A stretch of DNA of 64,000 bases from Collinsella sp. (GCA_019419625.1 DXZO01000005.1:7587-71586), one strand, 5' to 3'; positions 53,881-64,000 are shown, counted from the first letter of the stretch. The notes: generated from the letters alone by a model not told the origin. Made by a program: numbers and translations.

Positions 53881-54855
53881 ATGGCAACCAAGAAGCTGAT
53901 CCTTGATCTGGATATGGGTGTGGATGATGCGATGGCGCTTGCCTATGCCATCGCGAGCCCCGAGGTGGAGCTCGTCGGCATCACCACGTGCTTTGGCAAC
54001 GTGCGCGTCGAGCAGTCGGCGCACAACTGCTTGGCGGTGCTCGACCTGTTGGGTCGTCCCGAGGTGCCGGTGTACCTGGGCGCCGATCGTCCCATGAAGG
54101 CGACCGAACCCTACACGCCGCCGGCGTCCACCACGCTTATCCACGGCAAGAACGGCATCGGCGGCGCAAGCGTGCCCGCCTCGCCGTACGAGCCGGTGGG
54201 CGCGACGTCGGCCGACGGCAATGCGGCGGTCGATTACCTGATTGATGCCGCGCGTACCTATGGTCCCGATCTGGTCTACGTTGCGACCGGCCCGCTCACC
54301 AATCTGGCGCTTGCCCTGGAGCGCGATGCGGCGGCGATGATGTCTATCGGCCGCGTGGTCGTGATGGGCGGCGCCCTTACCGTGCCCGGCAACGTGAGCG
54401 CGGGCGCCGAGGCCAACATGGCGGGCGACCCCGAGGCTGCCGACGCTGTGTTGCGCTCGGGCCGCAAGCTCACCATGGTGGGCCTGGATGTGACGCACCG
54501 CGTGGTGCTCACACGTCGCGACGTTGCCGGCTGGACGGGCTCGGGCACTATGGCTGGCTGCGCGTTTGCGAGCATGGTCGAGCACTATATCGGTTCGTAC
54601 GAAATGAACGCGCCCTACCTGGGCGGCTGCGCGCTGCACGATCCGCTGGCGGTTGCCGTGGCGATTGATCCCACGCTCGTGGGTGCGCTCGGCTGCAATC
54701 TTCGTGTCGACCTGCTGGGCGAGTACCGCGGCCGCACTATCTGTGACGAGCACCGTCTGTCCGATCCGGATAAGAGCGCGCTCGTGGCGCTCACCGTGGA
54801 CGCCCCACGTTTCCTCGCGGAGTTTAAGGCACGCATGGCTCGCATCCTTGGCTAA
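53881..54855 (+). CDS. Nucleoside hydrolase (inosine/uridine-preferring family)
   Basis: LILDLDMGVDDAMALAYA (DxDxxxDD) plus TGPLTNLALAL. Starts 4 nt after rbsK. Confidence 0.88.
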   Translation: MATKKLILDLDMGVDDAMALAYAIASPEVELVGITTCFGNVRVEQSAHNCLAVLDLLGRPEVPVYLGADRPMKATEPYTPPASTTLIHGKNGIGGASVPASPYEPVGATSADGNAAVDYLIDAARTYGPDLVYVATGPLTNLALALERDAAAMMSIGRVVVMGGALTVPGNVSAGAEANMAGDPEAADAVLRSGRKLTMVGLDVTHRVVLTRRDVAGWTGSGTMAGCAFASMVEHYIGSYEMNAPYLGGCALHDPLAVAVAIDPTLVGALGCNLRVDLLGEYRGRTICDEHRLSDPDKSALVALTVDAPRFLAEFKARMARILG

Positions 54856-54954
54856 ACGGTTTCTGTGCCCCGATCCAGATTAGCTACCGAGCAAATGTGC
54901 CCGTTGGGGGAATAGTCGGGCCACTTCGCTTGACAACAGGCTAAACTAGCTATT

Positions 54955-54976
54955 AAACATTTACTATTCTGTTTAG
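54955..54976 (-). promoter_or_regulatory. Candidate LacI-family operator upstream of the regulator gene
   Basis: The reverse complement CTAAACAGAATAGTAAATGTTT closely matches CTAAACAGAAGAGTAAAACATTT at 56241-56263. It overlaps a possible promoter (TTGACA at 54930-54935, TATTAA at 54951-54956, spacer only 15 nt). Confidence 0.5.
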
Positions 54977-55058
54977 ATTGAATTTGCGGTCGTTTAGTTG
55001 TCGAGTCACGGGGCGGTCAGGCCACGATGCTCCGCCACGACCGTTGCTAGGGGGAACA

Positions 55059-56069
55059 ATGGCCAAAGCAAGTGTTCGCGAGATCAGCCGCATCACCGGT
55101 TTTTCGCCTGCGACCGTGTCCAACGCGCTCAACCGCAAGCGCAGCGTGAGCGAGGAGACCGCCAAGGTCATCTTGGAGTGTGCGCAGTCGCTCGGCTATC
55201 AGCAGTCGACGCAGCTCGAGAGTATCCAGTTCGTGCTTGCGCGCAAGACGGGCGCCATCCTGGACGAGAGCACCTTCCATCCCGCGGTTATTGAGGGCGT
55301 GGAGCGTCAGGCGCGTCGCCACGGCATGAGCACGAGCTTTGTCTCGCTCGACTTTAGCGACCTGGACGCCGTGCGTCCGCAGGTCGAGGGCCTGATCGCC
55401 GACCCGTCTGCCGCCATCGTGCTGATGGGTACCGAGCTGGGTGAGGAAGATTACGCCCTGTTCGCCAACGCTGCCGCCCACCTGATCGTGCTCGACGGCT
55501 GGAGCGACCGCCAGTACTTTGATGCCGTAGTCATTGCCAATACCGATTCGGTGCTGCGCGCCGTGGACTACCTTATCGAGAAGGGTCACAGGCAAATCGG
55601 CTATCTGGCAGGCGATCTTCGTATCCGCAACTTTAAGGATCGCGAGCGCGGCTATCGCCAAGCACTTGAGGACGCGGGCCTTGAGGCCAATCCGGCATGG
55701 CGCGTCACGCTGGGCACCACGCTCGAGGGCGCTTATCGCGACATGGGCGCATGGCTTGACAACGCCTCGCGCGAAGATCTGCCAACGGCCTTCTTTGCCG
55801 AAAACGACGTGCTCGCCGTGGGTGCCATGCGCGCGTTCAACGAGCACGGCATTCGCGTGCCCGAGGATGTCTCGATCATCGGCTTTGACGACCTGTCGTT
55901 GGGCGCTTTCTCCAACCCGCCGCTCACCACGGTTCACGTTCCCAAGCACGAGGTGGGTGAGATCGCGGTGCGCCGCCTGGTGGGCAACATCCGCAATCCC
56001 AAGAGCTATACCTGCAAGACGGCCGTATCGACCTATTTTGTCGAGCGCCAAAGCGTGCGCGAAATCTAG
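55059..56069 (+). CDS. LacI-family transcriptional regulator
   Basis: N-terminal HTH (ASVREISRITGFSPATVSNALNRKRSVSEET) plus a periplasmic-binding-protein-like sugar-binding core. ATG at 55059. Confidence 0.9.
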   Translation: MAKASVREISRITGFSPATVSNALNRKRSVSEETAKVILECAQSLGYQQSTQLESIQFVLARKTGAILDESTFHPAVIEGVERQARRHGMSTSFVSLDFSDLDAVRPQVEGLIADPSAAIVLMGTELGEEDYALFANAAAHLIVLDGWSDRQYFDAVVIANTDSVLRAVDYLIEKGHRQIGYLAGDLRIRNFKDRERGYRQALEDAGLEANPAWRVTLGTTLEGAYRDMGAWLDNASREDLPTAFFAENDVLAVGAMRAFNEHGIRVPEDVSIIGFDDLSLGAFSNPPLTTVHVPKHEVGEIAVRRLVGNIRNPKSYTCKTAVSTYFVERQSVREI

Positions 56070-56132
56070 GCGGAGACGGCATTGCCTGCAGCGTGCCAAA
56101 GCTCGCTAGGGCAGTTAACATAGTGCCATTCA

Positions 56133-56166
56133 GAAGAGGATCCTTCGGGGTCCTCTTTTTGTTTCC
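56133..56166 (+). terminator. Intrinsic terminator
   Basis: AGAGGATCC-TTCG-GGGTCCTCT followed by TTTTTGTTT. Confidence 0.8.
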
Positions 56167-56240
56167 CTTGTATGTTCAGTTTGTTTACATACCGTTTAGG
56201 CTGATTTCTCTACCGTCTACGGGTATTTCGCGCTAAACTT

Positions 56241-56299
56241 CTAAACAGAAGAGTAAAACATTTAGTAAACAGAACAAAACGAAACATGCGTCTGTTTAC
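56241..56299 (+). promoter_or_regulatory. Candidate operator cluster upstream of the isomerase/transketolase/kinase operon
   Basis: TAAACAGAA boxes lie at 56242-56250 and 56266-56274, and inverted (TCTGTTTAC) at 56291-56299. The first box is part of the 22-nt match to 54955-54976. Confidence 0.5.
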
Positions 56300-56326
56300 T
56301 GAACATGTGACTAGGGGAGGACGTAC

Positions 56327-57727
56327 ATGGACAAGATCAAGCTCGGCTTTGTGCCCACGCGCCGCAGTATCTTTAGCGCGCCGGACGCGATCAAGTATCG
56401 CGGCCTGACGGCGGATCGCCTGCGCGAGATCGGCGTCGACATCGTGGATATCGACGACATCAACGACGAGGGCCTGCTGTTCGACGACAGCCATATCGAG
56501 CCTATCGTCAAAAAGTTCCGCGCCGAGGGCGTCGACGGCATCATGCTGTGCCACGCCAACTTTGGTACCGAGTATGTCTGCGCCCGCCTTGCCCGCGAGC
56601 TCGGCTTGCCCGTGCTGCTGTGGGGCCCGCGCGACGAGCGCCCCGAGCCCGACGGCACCCGTCTGCGCGATAGCCAGTGCGGCCTGTTCGCCACCGGCAA
56701 GGTCCTGCGCCGCTTCCAGGTTCCCTTCACCTACATGACCAACTGCCGTCTGACCGATCCCGAGTTCGAGCGCGGCGTCTGGGACTTTTTGGCCGTGTGC
56801 AACGTGGTCAAGACCTTCGAGCACACCCGCATCCTGCAGATGGCCACCCGTCCGTTCGATTTCTGGTCGACCATGTGCAACGAGGGCGAGCTGCTTGAGA
56901 AGTTCAACATCCAGCTTTCGCCCATCCCCATGACCGAGCTTGTCCAGGCCGTGCGCGACGCCCAGGCTGACGAGCAGGCCATGGCAGCCATGCTCGCCCA
57001 CATTGGTGACAGCTTTGAGATCTGCATCCCCGAGGACAAGGTTCCTGCGGTCGCAGGACTCGCCATTGCCATGAAGCGCCTGGTCGAGAAGTACGGCTGC
57101 AACGCCGGCGCCATCCAGTGCTGGAACGCCCTGCAGGACGAGTTGGGCATTATGCCCTGCGCCGCCAACGCAATCCTCAACGAGATGGGCATCCCTATCG
57201 TATGCGAGACCGATATTCACGGCGCCATCACCGCGCTGATGGTCGAGGCCGCCGACCTGGGCCGTCACCGCGGCATGTTCGCCGACTGGACCGTGCGCCA
57301 TCCCGATAACGAGAACGGCGAGCTGCTGCAGCACTGCGGCCCCTGGCCCTGCAGCTGCGCGGCCGTCAAGCCCAAGCTCACCTATCCGCTGGCGTTCGAT
57401 CATCCCGGCGCGCTGACGGCCGAGGCCAAGCACGGCGACCTCACCCTTGCCCGCTTTGACGGCGACAACGGCGAGTACTCGCTGCTGCTGGGCAACGCCC
57501 GCGGCATCGACGGCCCGGCCGGTATGGGCACCTACCTGTGGGTCGAGGTCGACAACCTCAAGCGCCTCGAGGCCAAGATCGTCGAGGGCCCCTACATCCA
57601 CCACTGCGTCGCCATTCACGCCAACGTGGTGCCGGTGCTCTACGAGGCGTGCAAGTACATCGGCATTGCCCCTGATCTTTACGACCCCATCGAAGAAGAC
57701 GTCAAAGCCTACCTGCGAGGAGAGTAG
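56327..57727 (+). CDS. L-fucose/L-arabinose isomerase-family sugar isomerase (substrate unknown)
   Basis: 466 aa. KLGFVPTRRSIFS..., GIMLCHANFGTE and DSQCGLFATGKVL are typical of the FucI-like family. Confidence 0.7.
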   Translation: MDKIKLGFVPTRRSIFSAPDAIKYRGLTADRLREIGVDIVDIDDINDEGLLFDDSHIEPIVKKFRAEGVDGIMLCHANFGTEYVCARLARELGLPVLLWGPRDERPEPDGTRLRDSQCGLFATGKVLRRFQVPFTYMTNCRLTDPEFERGVWDFLAVCNVVKTFEHTRILQMATRPFDFWSTMCNEGELLEKFNIQLSPIPMTELVQAVRDAQADEQAMAAMLAHIGDSFEICIPEDKVPAVAGLAIAMKRLVEKYGCNAGAIQCWNALQDELGIMPCAANAILNEMGIPIVCETDIHGAITALMVEAADLGRHRGMFADWTVRHPDNENGELLQHCGPWPCSCAAVKPKLTYPLAFDHPGALTAEAKHGDLTLARFDGDNGEYSLLLGNARGIDGPAGMGTYLWVEVDNLKRLEAKIVEGPYIHHCVAIHANVVPVLYEACKYIGIAPDLYDPIEEDVKAYLRGE

Positions 57728-57729
57728 AA

Positions 57730-58566
57730 ATGGCAACTATCGAAGAGCTTGAATCCCTGCGTTGGGACCTTCGCCGCGATTGCGTCGATATCATCATGGC
57801 TGGCGCCGGCGGCCACATCGGCGGCGACATGTCGGTCATCGATGCGCTGATGACCCTCTATGCCAACCACCTCAACGTTTCACCCGAGACCGTCGACGAT
57901 CCCAACCGCGATCGCTTCGTGCTCTCCAAAGGCCACGCCATGGAGGCCTACTACGCGGTGCTCTGCCACGAGGGCTATCTGGACCTCGACGACGTCAAGG
58001 CCCGCTTCTCTAAGTTCGGCAGCCCCTACATCGGCCACCCCAACAACAAGCTCAAGGGCATCGAGATGAACTCGGGCTCGCTGGGTCATGGCCTGCCCGT
58101 GGCCGTCGGGATGGCGCTTGCCGGCAAGATGGATGGCCGCGACTACCGCGTTTACACCATCATGGGCGACGGCGAGCTTGCCGAGGGCTCGGTCTGGGAG
58201 GGCGCCATGAGCGGCGGCAACTACCAGCTCGATAACCTGTGCGCGCTCGTGGACCGCAACCGCCTGCAGATCAGCGGCAGCACCGAGGACGTCATGAAGC
58301 AGGATTCGCAGGAGGAGCGCTGGGCCGCCTTCGGTTGGAACGTGCTGTCCATTCCGGGCAACGACGTCCAGGCCATCGACGCCGCGCTGACGCTGGCCGC
58401 CGAGACCAAGGGTAAGCCCACGGTCATCATCCTCAACACAGTGAAGGGCTATGGCTCGCCCGTTATGGAGGACAAGGCCGCCTGGCATCATCACCTGCCC
58501 AACGACGAGGAATATGCCCAGATCATCGCCGATTTCGCTGCCCATAAGGAGGCCATCAATGGCTAA
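57730..58566 (+). CDS. Transketolase, N-terminal (TPP-binding) subunit of a split enzyme
   Basis: GGHIGGDMS, SKGHA and GSLGHGLPVAVGMA...GDGELAEG motifs. Confidence 0.88.
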   Translation: MATIEELESLRWDLRRDCVDIIMAGAGGHIGGDMSVIDALMTLYANHLNVSPETVDDPNRDRFVLSKGHAMEAYYAVLCHEGYLDLDDVKARFSKFGSPYIGHPNNKLKGIEMNSGSLGHGLPVAVGMALAGKMDGRDYRVYTIMGDGELAEGSVWEGAMSGGNYQLDNLCALVDRNRLQISGSTEDVMKQDSQEERWAAFGWNVLSIPGNDVQAIDAALTLAAETKGKPTVIILNTVKGYGSPVMEDKAAWHHHLPNDEEYAQIIADFAAHKEAING

Positions 58567-59497
58567 CAAGATCGCCAACCGCAAGGTTATCTGCGACACG
58601 CTGCTCGAGGCCGCCGCAACCGACAAGGACATCGTCGTCCTGTGCTCCGACTCCCGCGGCTCCGCGTCGCTCACGCCGTTCTTCGATCAGTATCCCCAGC
58701 AGTCCGTCGAGGTCGGCATCGCCGAGCAGGACCTGGTGAGCATCGCCGCCGGTATGGCCTCGTGCGGCAAGAAGGCCTGGGCCGCCTCGCCGGCGTCCTT
58801 TGTGACCACGCGCTCGTATGAGCAGTGCAAGGTCGACGTTTCGTACTCCAACACCAACGTCAAGCTCATCGGCATCTCGGGCGGCGTGTCCTATGGCGCC
58901 TTGGGCATGAGCCATCACTCCGCACAGGATATCGCCGCCATGAGCGCGATTCCCAACATGCGCGTGTATCTGCCGAGCGATCGATTCCAGACCGCCGAGC
59001 TCGTGCGTGCCCTGGTCGCCGACAACAAGCCGGCCTACATCCGCGTGGGCCGCAACCCGGTGGAGGACGTGTACACCGAGGACGAGTGCCCGTTCCAGAT
59101 GGATCGCGCCACCTGGGTGCGTCGCGGCACCGATGTGACGATTGTCGCCACCGGTGAGATGGTCCGCCACGCCGTGGACGCCGCCGATCTGCTGGCCGAA
59201 CAGGGTATCTCGGCAACGGTGCTCGACATGTACTGCGTCAAACCGCTCGACGCCGAGGCCGTGATCGAGGCCGCCGACGCCACGCGCGCCGTCGTGACGG
59301 TCGAAGAGCACAGCCCCTTCGGCGGCCTGGGTTCCATGGTCGCGCAGGTCGTGGGCGAGCATTGCCCGCGTCCGGTCAAGTGCCTCTCCCTGCCCGATGC
59401 GCCGGTCATCACCGGCACGAGCCCCGAGGTCTTCGCGCACTATGGCCTGACGGGCGAGGGAATCGCCAAGACGGTCGCCGAGTTCCTTGGCAACTAG
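58559..59497 (+). CDS. Transketolase, C-terminal (pyrimidine-binding) subunit
   Basis: VEVGIAEQDLVSIAAGMA motif. Overlaps the N-terminal subunit gene by 8 nt. ATG at 58559. Confidence 0.88.
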   Translation: MANKIANRKVICDTLLEAAATDKDIVVLCSDSRGSASLTPFFDQYPQQSVEVGIAEQDLVSIAAGMASCGKKAWAASPASFVTTRSYEQCKVDVSYSNTNVKLIGISGGVSYGALGMSHHSAQDIAAMSAIPNMRVYLPSDRFQTAELVRALVADNKPAYIRVGRNPVEDVYTEDECPFQMDRATWVRRGTDVTIVATGEMVRHAVDAADLLAEQGISATVLDMYCVKPLDAEAVIEAADATRAVVTVEEHSPFGGLGSMVAQVVGEHCPRPVKCLSLPDAPVITGTSPEVFAHYGLTGEGIAKTVAEFLGN

Positions 59498-59671
59498 TAG
59501 AAACAGACGCTGCGCGGCCGCCAAGCACCGCACCTTGCCGTTCAAACCGTCGCTTGCGTACACAGAGTACGCGGCGCTCTTCTTTCACGGCAATCTGCGG
59601 CACTTGACGGCCGCTCGCTCCTTGTCCGTCGGGTTTTAGTTTTTGAATCGACGGGGGAGACAGGAGAGTAC

Positions 59672-61162
59672 ATGAGCAAATACATCATCGGAATCGATCA
59701 ATCCACGCAGGGCACCAAGGCGCTGCTGGTGGACGAGGGCGGCCATCTGATCCATCGTGCCGATCGCCCGCATCGCCAGATTGTCAACGAGGCCGGCTGG
59801 GTGAGCCACGACCCGGCCGAGATCGCCGCCAACGTGCTGGCCGTGGCGCGTGCCGTGGTGGAGGAGACCGGGGTCGATCCGGCCGACATCGCCGGCATCG
59901 GCATCTCCAACCAGCGCGAGACCACCGTTGCCTGGAGCCGCACGACGGGCGAGCCGCTGTGCGATGCCGTGGTGTGGCAGTGCGCCCGTGCCCGCGAGCT
60001 GTGCGATGAGCTTGCTGCACGCGAAGGCGTGGCCGAGCTGGTGCGTGACACGACGGGTCTGGTGCTTTCGCCCTACTACCCGGCGGGCAAGATGGCCTGG
60101 ATCCTCGCGAACGTTCCCGCGGCTGCCGAGGCCGCGGCGGCAGGCGAGCTGTGTCTGGGCACCATCGATGCCTGGGTGGTCTGGACGCTCACGGGCGGCG
60201 CGGAGTTCCGCTGCGACTGGTCTAACGCCAGCCGCACGCAGCTCTTCGACCTGCGCCGTGGCTGCTGGAGCGAGCCGGTGTGCGAGGCCTTTGGTGTCAA
60301 TCCGGCGTGCCTGCCGCAGGTGACCGATTCCGATGGCCTGTTCGGTACAACGGACCTGGGCGGCTTTTTGCCGGCGCCCGTGCCCATTCACGGCGTGCTC
60401 GGCGACAGCCATGCCGCCTTGTTTGCCCAGGGCTGCCATAGCCGCGGCATGGCCAAGGCGACCTATGGCACCGGCAGCTCGGTCATGATGAACGTCGGCG
60501 ACGAGTTCGTCGCCAGCTCGCACGGGCTTTCGAGCTCGCTTGCGTGGCGTATGGACGGTGTGACCGAGTATGTTCTCGAGGGCAACGTGAGCTACGCCGG
60601 CGCCGTCAAGACGTGGCTGCGCGACGATCTTGAGCTCATCAACAATCCCGAGGAAGTCACCGACCTGTGTTACGCCGCCAATCCGGCGAGCCGCGTCTAC
60701 TTTGTGCCGGCGTTCACCGGCTTGGGCGCGCCGCACTGGGCGAGCGATGCCGAGGGCTGCGTCTTTGGCATGACGCGCACCACGGGCCGTGCGGAGTTCG
60801 TAAAGGCCGCCGACGAGTCGATCGCCTATCAAATCTTCGACGTCATCGATGCGATGGTCGAGGATTCGGGCGCGGCACTGGCCGAGCTTCGTGTTGACGG
60901 CGGCCCCACGCGCGACGCGTACCTGATGCAGTTTGAGAGCGACTTGGTTGGCTCGCCCATCCGCATCGCGAGCAACGACGAGATGAGCGGTCTGGGTGCG
61001 GCCTGGGCCTGCGGCATTGCGCTGGGCATGTACACGCGCGACGTCGTTGACGTCTACGGCGCCCGCGGCATCGTGGAGCCCACCATGTCCGCCGACGAGC
61101 GCGTCAAAAAGATCGCCGGCTGGCGTCACGCCGTCGACGCGACCATCGCCTACACTGCCTAG
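59672..61162 (+). CDS. FGGY-family carbohydrate kinase (glycerol-kinase-like)
   Basis: IGIDQSTQGTKALL and ISNQRETTVAWSRTTGEPL, with a C-terminal domain containing LRVDGGPTRD. Confidence 0.8.
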   Translation: MSKYIIGIDQSTQGTKALLVDEGGHLIHRADRPHRQIVNEAGWVSHDPAEIAANVLAVARAVVEETGVDPADIAGIGISNQRETTVAWSRTTGEPLCDAVVWQCARARELCDELAAREGVAELVRDTTGLVLSPYYPAGKMAWILANVPAAAEAAAAGELCLGTIDAWVVWTLTGGAEFRCDWSNASRTQLFDLRRGCWSEPVCEAFGVNPACLPQVTDSDGLFGTTDLGGFLPAPVPIHGVLGDSHAALFAQGCHSRGMAKATYGTGSSVMMNVGDEFVASSHGLSSSLAWRMDGVTEYVLEGNVSYAGAVKTWLRDDLELINNPEEVTDLCYAANPASRVYFVPAFTGLGAPHWASDAEGCVFGMTRTTGRAEFVKAADESIAYQIFDVIDAMVEDSGAALAELRVDGGPTRDAYLMQFESDLVGSPIRIASNDEMSGLGAAWACGIALGMYTRDVVDVYGARGIVEPTMSADERVKKIAGWRHAVDATIAYTA

Positions 61163-61195
61163 GCGGCTGCGCGGCGCCCGCAGGCTATTCCCGGG

Positions 61196-61282
61196 CAGCT
61201 CATTTGGGACGGGGCTTTTTTGACTGGTATGATTGGTGCGATCATTCGAACCAGCTAAAAGAGCCCCGTCCTAAATTGACTA
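61196..61282. repeat. ~85-nt extended imperfect hairpin carrying GTCCYAAAT-family arms
   Basis: ATTTGGGACGGGGCTTTTTT (61202-61221) versus AAAAGAGCCCCGTCCTAAAT (61257-61276). Nested inner palindromes: CTGGT..ACCAG and ATGAT..ATCAT. Confidence 0.7.
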
Positions 61283-61297
61283 CCGAGAGGATCTGCC

Positions 61298-61786
61298 ATG
61301 GAGCGCATCGCGAGTTTTTCCGTTGACCATCTGCTGCTCGAGCCCGGCGTGTATGTGAGCCGCATCGACCACGATCCGGCGACCGGCGCCGCCGTCACCA
61401 CCTTTGACCTGCGCCTGACCACGCCCAACAAGGAGCCAGTTATGAACACGGCGGAGTGCCACACCATCGAGCATCTGGGTGCCACGTTCCTCCGCAATCA
61501 TGCCGAGTGGTCGAGCCGCATTGTCTACTTTGGCCCCATGGGCTGCCGCACGGGCTTTTACCTGGTTGTCTTTGGTGAGCTGACGAGCGAGGAGATCTTG
61601 CCGCTCGTGCGCGAGCTGTTCGAGTTTGTCGCGGGCTTTGAGGGCGATATCCCCGGCGCCGCTCCCGAGGAGTGCGGTAACTATCTGGACCAGAACCTCC
61701 CCATGGCAAACTGGCTCGCGCGCCGTTATCTCGACCGCGACCTGGCCAATATCGACGAGAAGCACCTGCACTACCAGCAGGCGTAA
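61298..61786 (+). CDS. luxS: S-ribosylhomocysteine lyase
   Basis: 162 aa with the metal site HTIEHL and GPMGCRTGFY. Confidence 0.9.
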   Translation: MERIASFSVDHLLLEPGVYVSRIDHDPATGAAVTTFDLRLTTPNKEPVMNTAECHTIEHLGATFLRNHAEWSSRIVYFGPMGCRTGFYLVVFGELTSEEILPLVRELFEFVAGFEGDIPGAAPEECGNYLDQNLPMANWLARRYLDRDLANIDEKHLHYQQA

Positions 61787-61930
61787 GGGCTTTATCGCCC
61801 AAAGCGCGCGCATTGGGCGCCTTCGCTTATGCGGGGGCGCCTTTTTGTTGAGTGGTCGGGACGAGCGTTCAAAATCGCTCATGTTTGTTCTAGAATGTTC
61901 GTACTGTCACATAAACGAACAGGAGTGAAC

Positions 61931-62575
61931 ATGCACATCTATTCTGTCAACGATCCCGAGTTCAAATCCTATGGCAACGTTTGGGATGACGTTCCGTCCG
62001 AGCTCACGTCGCCCGTGCTCGAGGCGCTCTCTGCCACGCCCATTCCCGAGGGTAGCAAGTACGTAGCAAGCGCGCCGGAGCTCGAGAGCGTCAAGGGTGC
62101 CGACAAACTGGGCTTTCTCATGTTTGGCGGCCGCCCCTTCCAGCTCGGCTGGTGCAACGGCCACAACACACGCCTCAACTGCCTGGAGTATCACCGCGCC
62201 AGCGAGTTTAACCTGGGCGCCCGCGACTTTATCCTGCTCGTGGCGCATCGCTGGGAGATCGAGGACGGCAAGCTCGACACCGCGTGCGTCAAGGCGTTCC
62301 GCGTACCGGCGGGTACGGTCGTCGAAGCCTTCAACACCACGCTTCACTACACGCCCTGCATGGTCGACGACGGCGGCTTCCAGGTGATGGTGGCGCTGCC
62401 GGCGGGCACCAATGGCCCGCGCCCCGAGGCCGCAGCCGACATGCCTGCCGCCGGTGACAGCTACTGCTACTGGAAGGCCGACAAGTGGGTTCTCTGCCAC
62501 GCCGATAGCCCCAAGGCTGCCGAGGGCGGCTACGTAGGCCTCATCGGCAAGAACCTCGACATCGCCTGTGACTAG
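61931..62575 (+). CDS. Hypothetical cupin-like protein (possibly DUF4867 family)
   Basis: 214 aa. AGGAG SD before the ATG at 61931. The family name is from memory of similar N-termini next to FucI-like genes and is not verified. Confidence 0.45.
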   Translation: MHIYSVNDPEFKSYGNVWDDVPSELTSPVLEALSATPIPEGSKYVASAPELESVKGADKLGFLMFGGRPFQLGWCNGHNTRLNCLEYHRASEFNLGARDFILLVAHRWEIEDGKLDTACVKAFRVPAGTVVEAFNTTLHYTPCMVDDGGFQVMVALPAGTNGPRPEAAADMPAAGDSYCYWKADKWVLCHADSPKAAEGGYVGLIGKNLDIACD

Positions 62576-62583
62576 CATCTTCC

Positions 62584-62721
62584 GTCTCGATTTGTAACAT
62601 CTAGCGGGCTAAATCGTCTCTACCTGTTACAGATTTAGACAAACTGCGGGGGGCTGCCCGAAAATCTCGATCTGTAACACCAAGCCCGGTTTTGGCTGCC
62701 TACCTGTTACAGATCGAGACA
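62584..62721. repeat. Hairpin-repeat array (BIME/REP-like), copy 3 of 3; two units
   Basis: TCTCGATTTGTAACA...TGTTACAGATTTAGACA and TCTCGATCTGTAACA...TGTTACAGATCGAGACA. Confidence 0.9.
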
Positions 62722-62726
62722 AACCG

Positions 62727-62773
62727 CCCCAAACCACCATAAAGGTGCCTGTCCCCTTTGTGGTGGTTTGGGG
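62727..62773 (+). repeat. Conserved stem-loop module capping the array (copy 2 of 2)
   Basis: CCCCAAACCACCA / TGGTGGTTTGGGG stem with the loop AAAGGTGCCTGTCCCC, followed by GCGGCGGTAT as in copy 1. Confidence 0.85.
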
Positions 62774-62916
62774 CGGCGGTATCAGAAAGTGTCAGGCAGG
62801 GGCGGCTGCCGGGCCGCCGCGTGCGAAAAGAAGTGTCGGCCTGCGTCGTTGCCGTTGAGTAGCGCGCTGCTTACGGGGATACTGAAACCACGACAAACAG
62901 CGTGTGAAAGGATTGA

Positions 62917-64000
<1,084 letters not shown>

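Overview
High-GC, gene-dense chromosomal segment. By inference it comes from a Coriobacteriia-like Actinomycetota genome (LAxTG surface protein, Ech-type hydrogenase, NRMT-type NRAMP). I call about 50 protein genes and one initiator tRNA-Met. I see no rRNA, CRISPR array, prophage or recognisable defence locus. Left to right: an LAxTG surface protein (5'-truncated); nfnBA; pth-prs-glmU; an ECF transporter (T, fused A-A, S); xth; a sirtuin; a fused folP-folK with a large insertion; a degenerate BirA-like gene; coaX; tRNA-fMet; an OYE/enoate-reductase-type flavoenzyme; an orphan IS3 OrfA-like HTH gene in an AT-rich island; a compact five-gene Ech-type group-4 [NiFe]-hydrogenase with fused EchA-EchB; a HisKA_3/LuxR two-component system divergent from an ABC-2 exporter; a second ABC/FtsX exporter; DUF362 Fe-S protein; a hydrolase; hlyIII; a CNNM/CBS/CorC protein; three small unknown genes; a G5-NodB deacetylase; an M-box-like leader followed by a PRC+MgtE_N+CBS membrane protein and an NRMT-type NRAMP; an OatA-like acyltransferase; rbsK plus a nucleoside hydrolase; a LacI-controlled isomerase / split-transketolase / FGGY-kinase cluster followed by luxS and a cupin-like gene; and a 3'-truncated GH1 6-phospho-beta-glucosidase. 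The intergenic DNA is unusually structured, with at least three dispersed hairpin/mosaic repeat families and two MITE-like elements. My best candidate for undescribed biology is the leader / Mg-sensor-like chimera / NRMT module at 46.5-49.9 kb. Next come the fused-subunit Ech hydrogenase and the repeat families. All calls come from reading the sequence and the ORF track. Hairpin coordinates are +/- a few nt, and start codons were chosen by eye from SD spacing.
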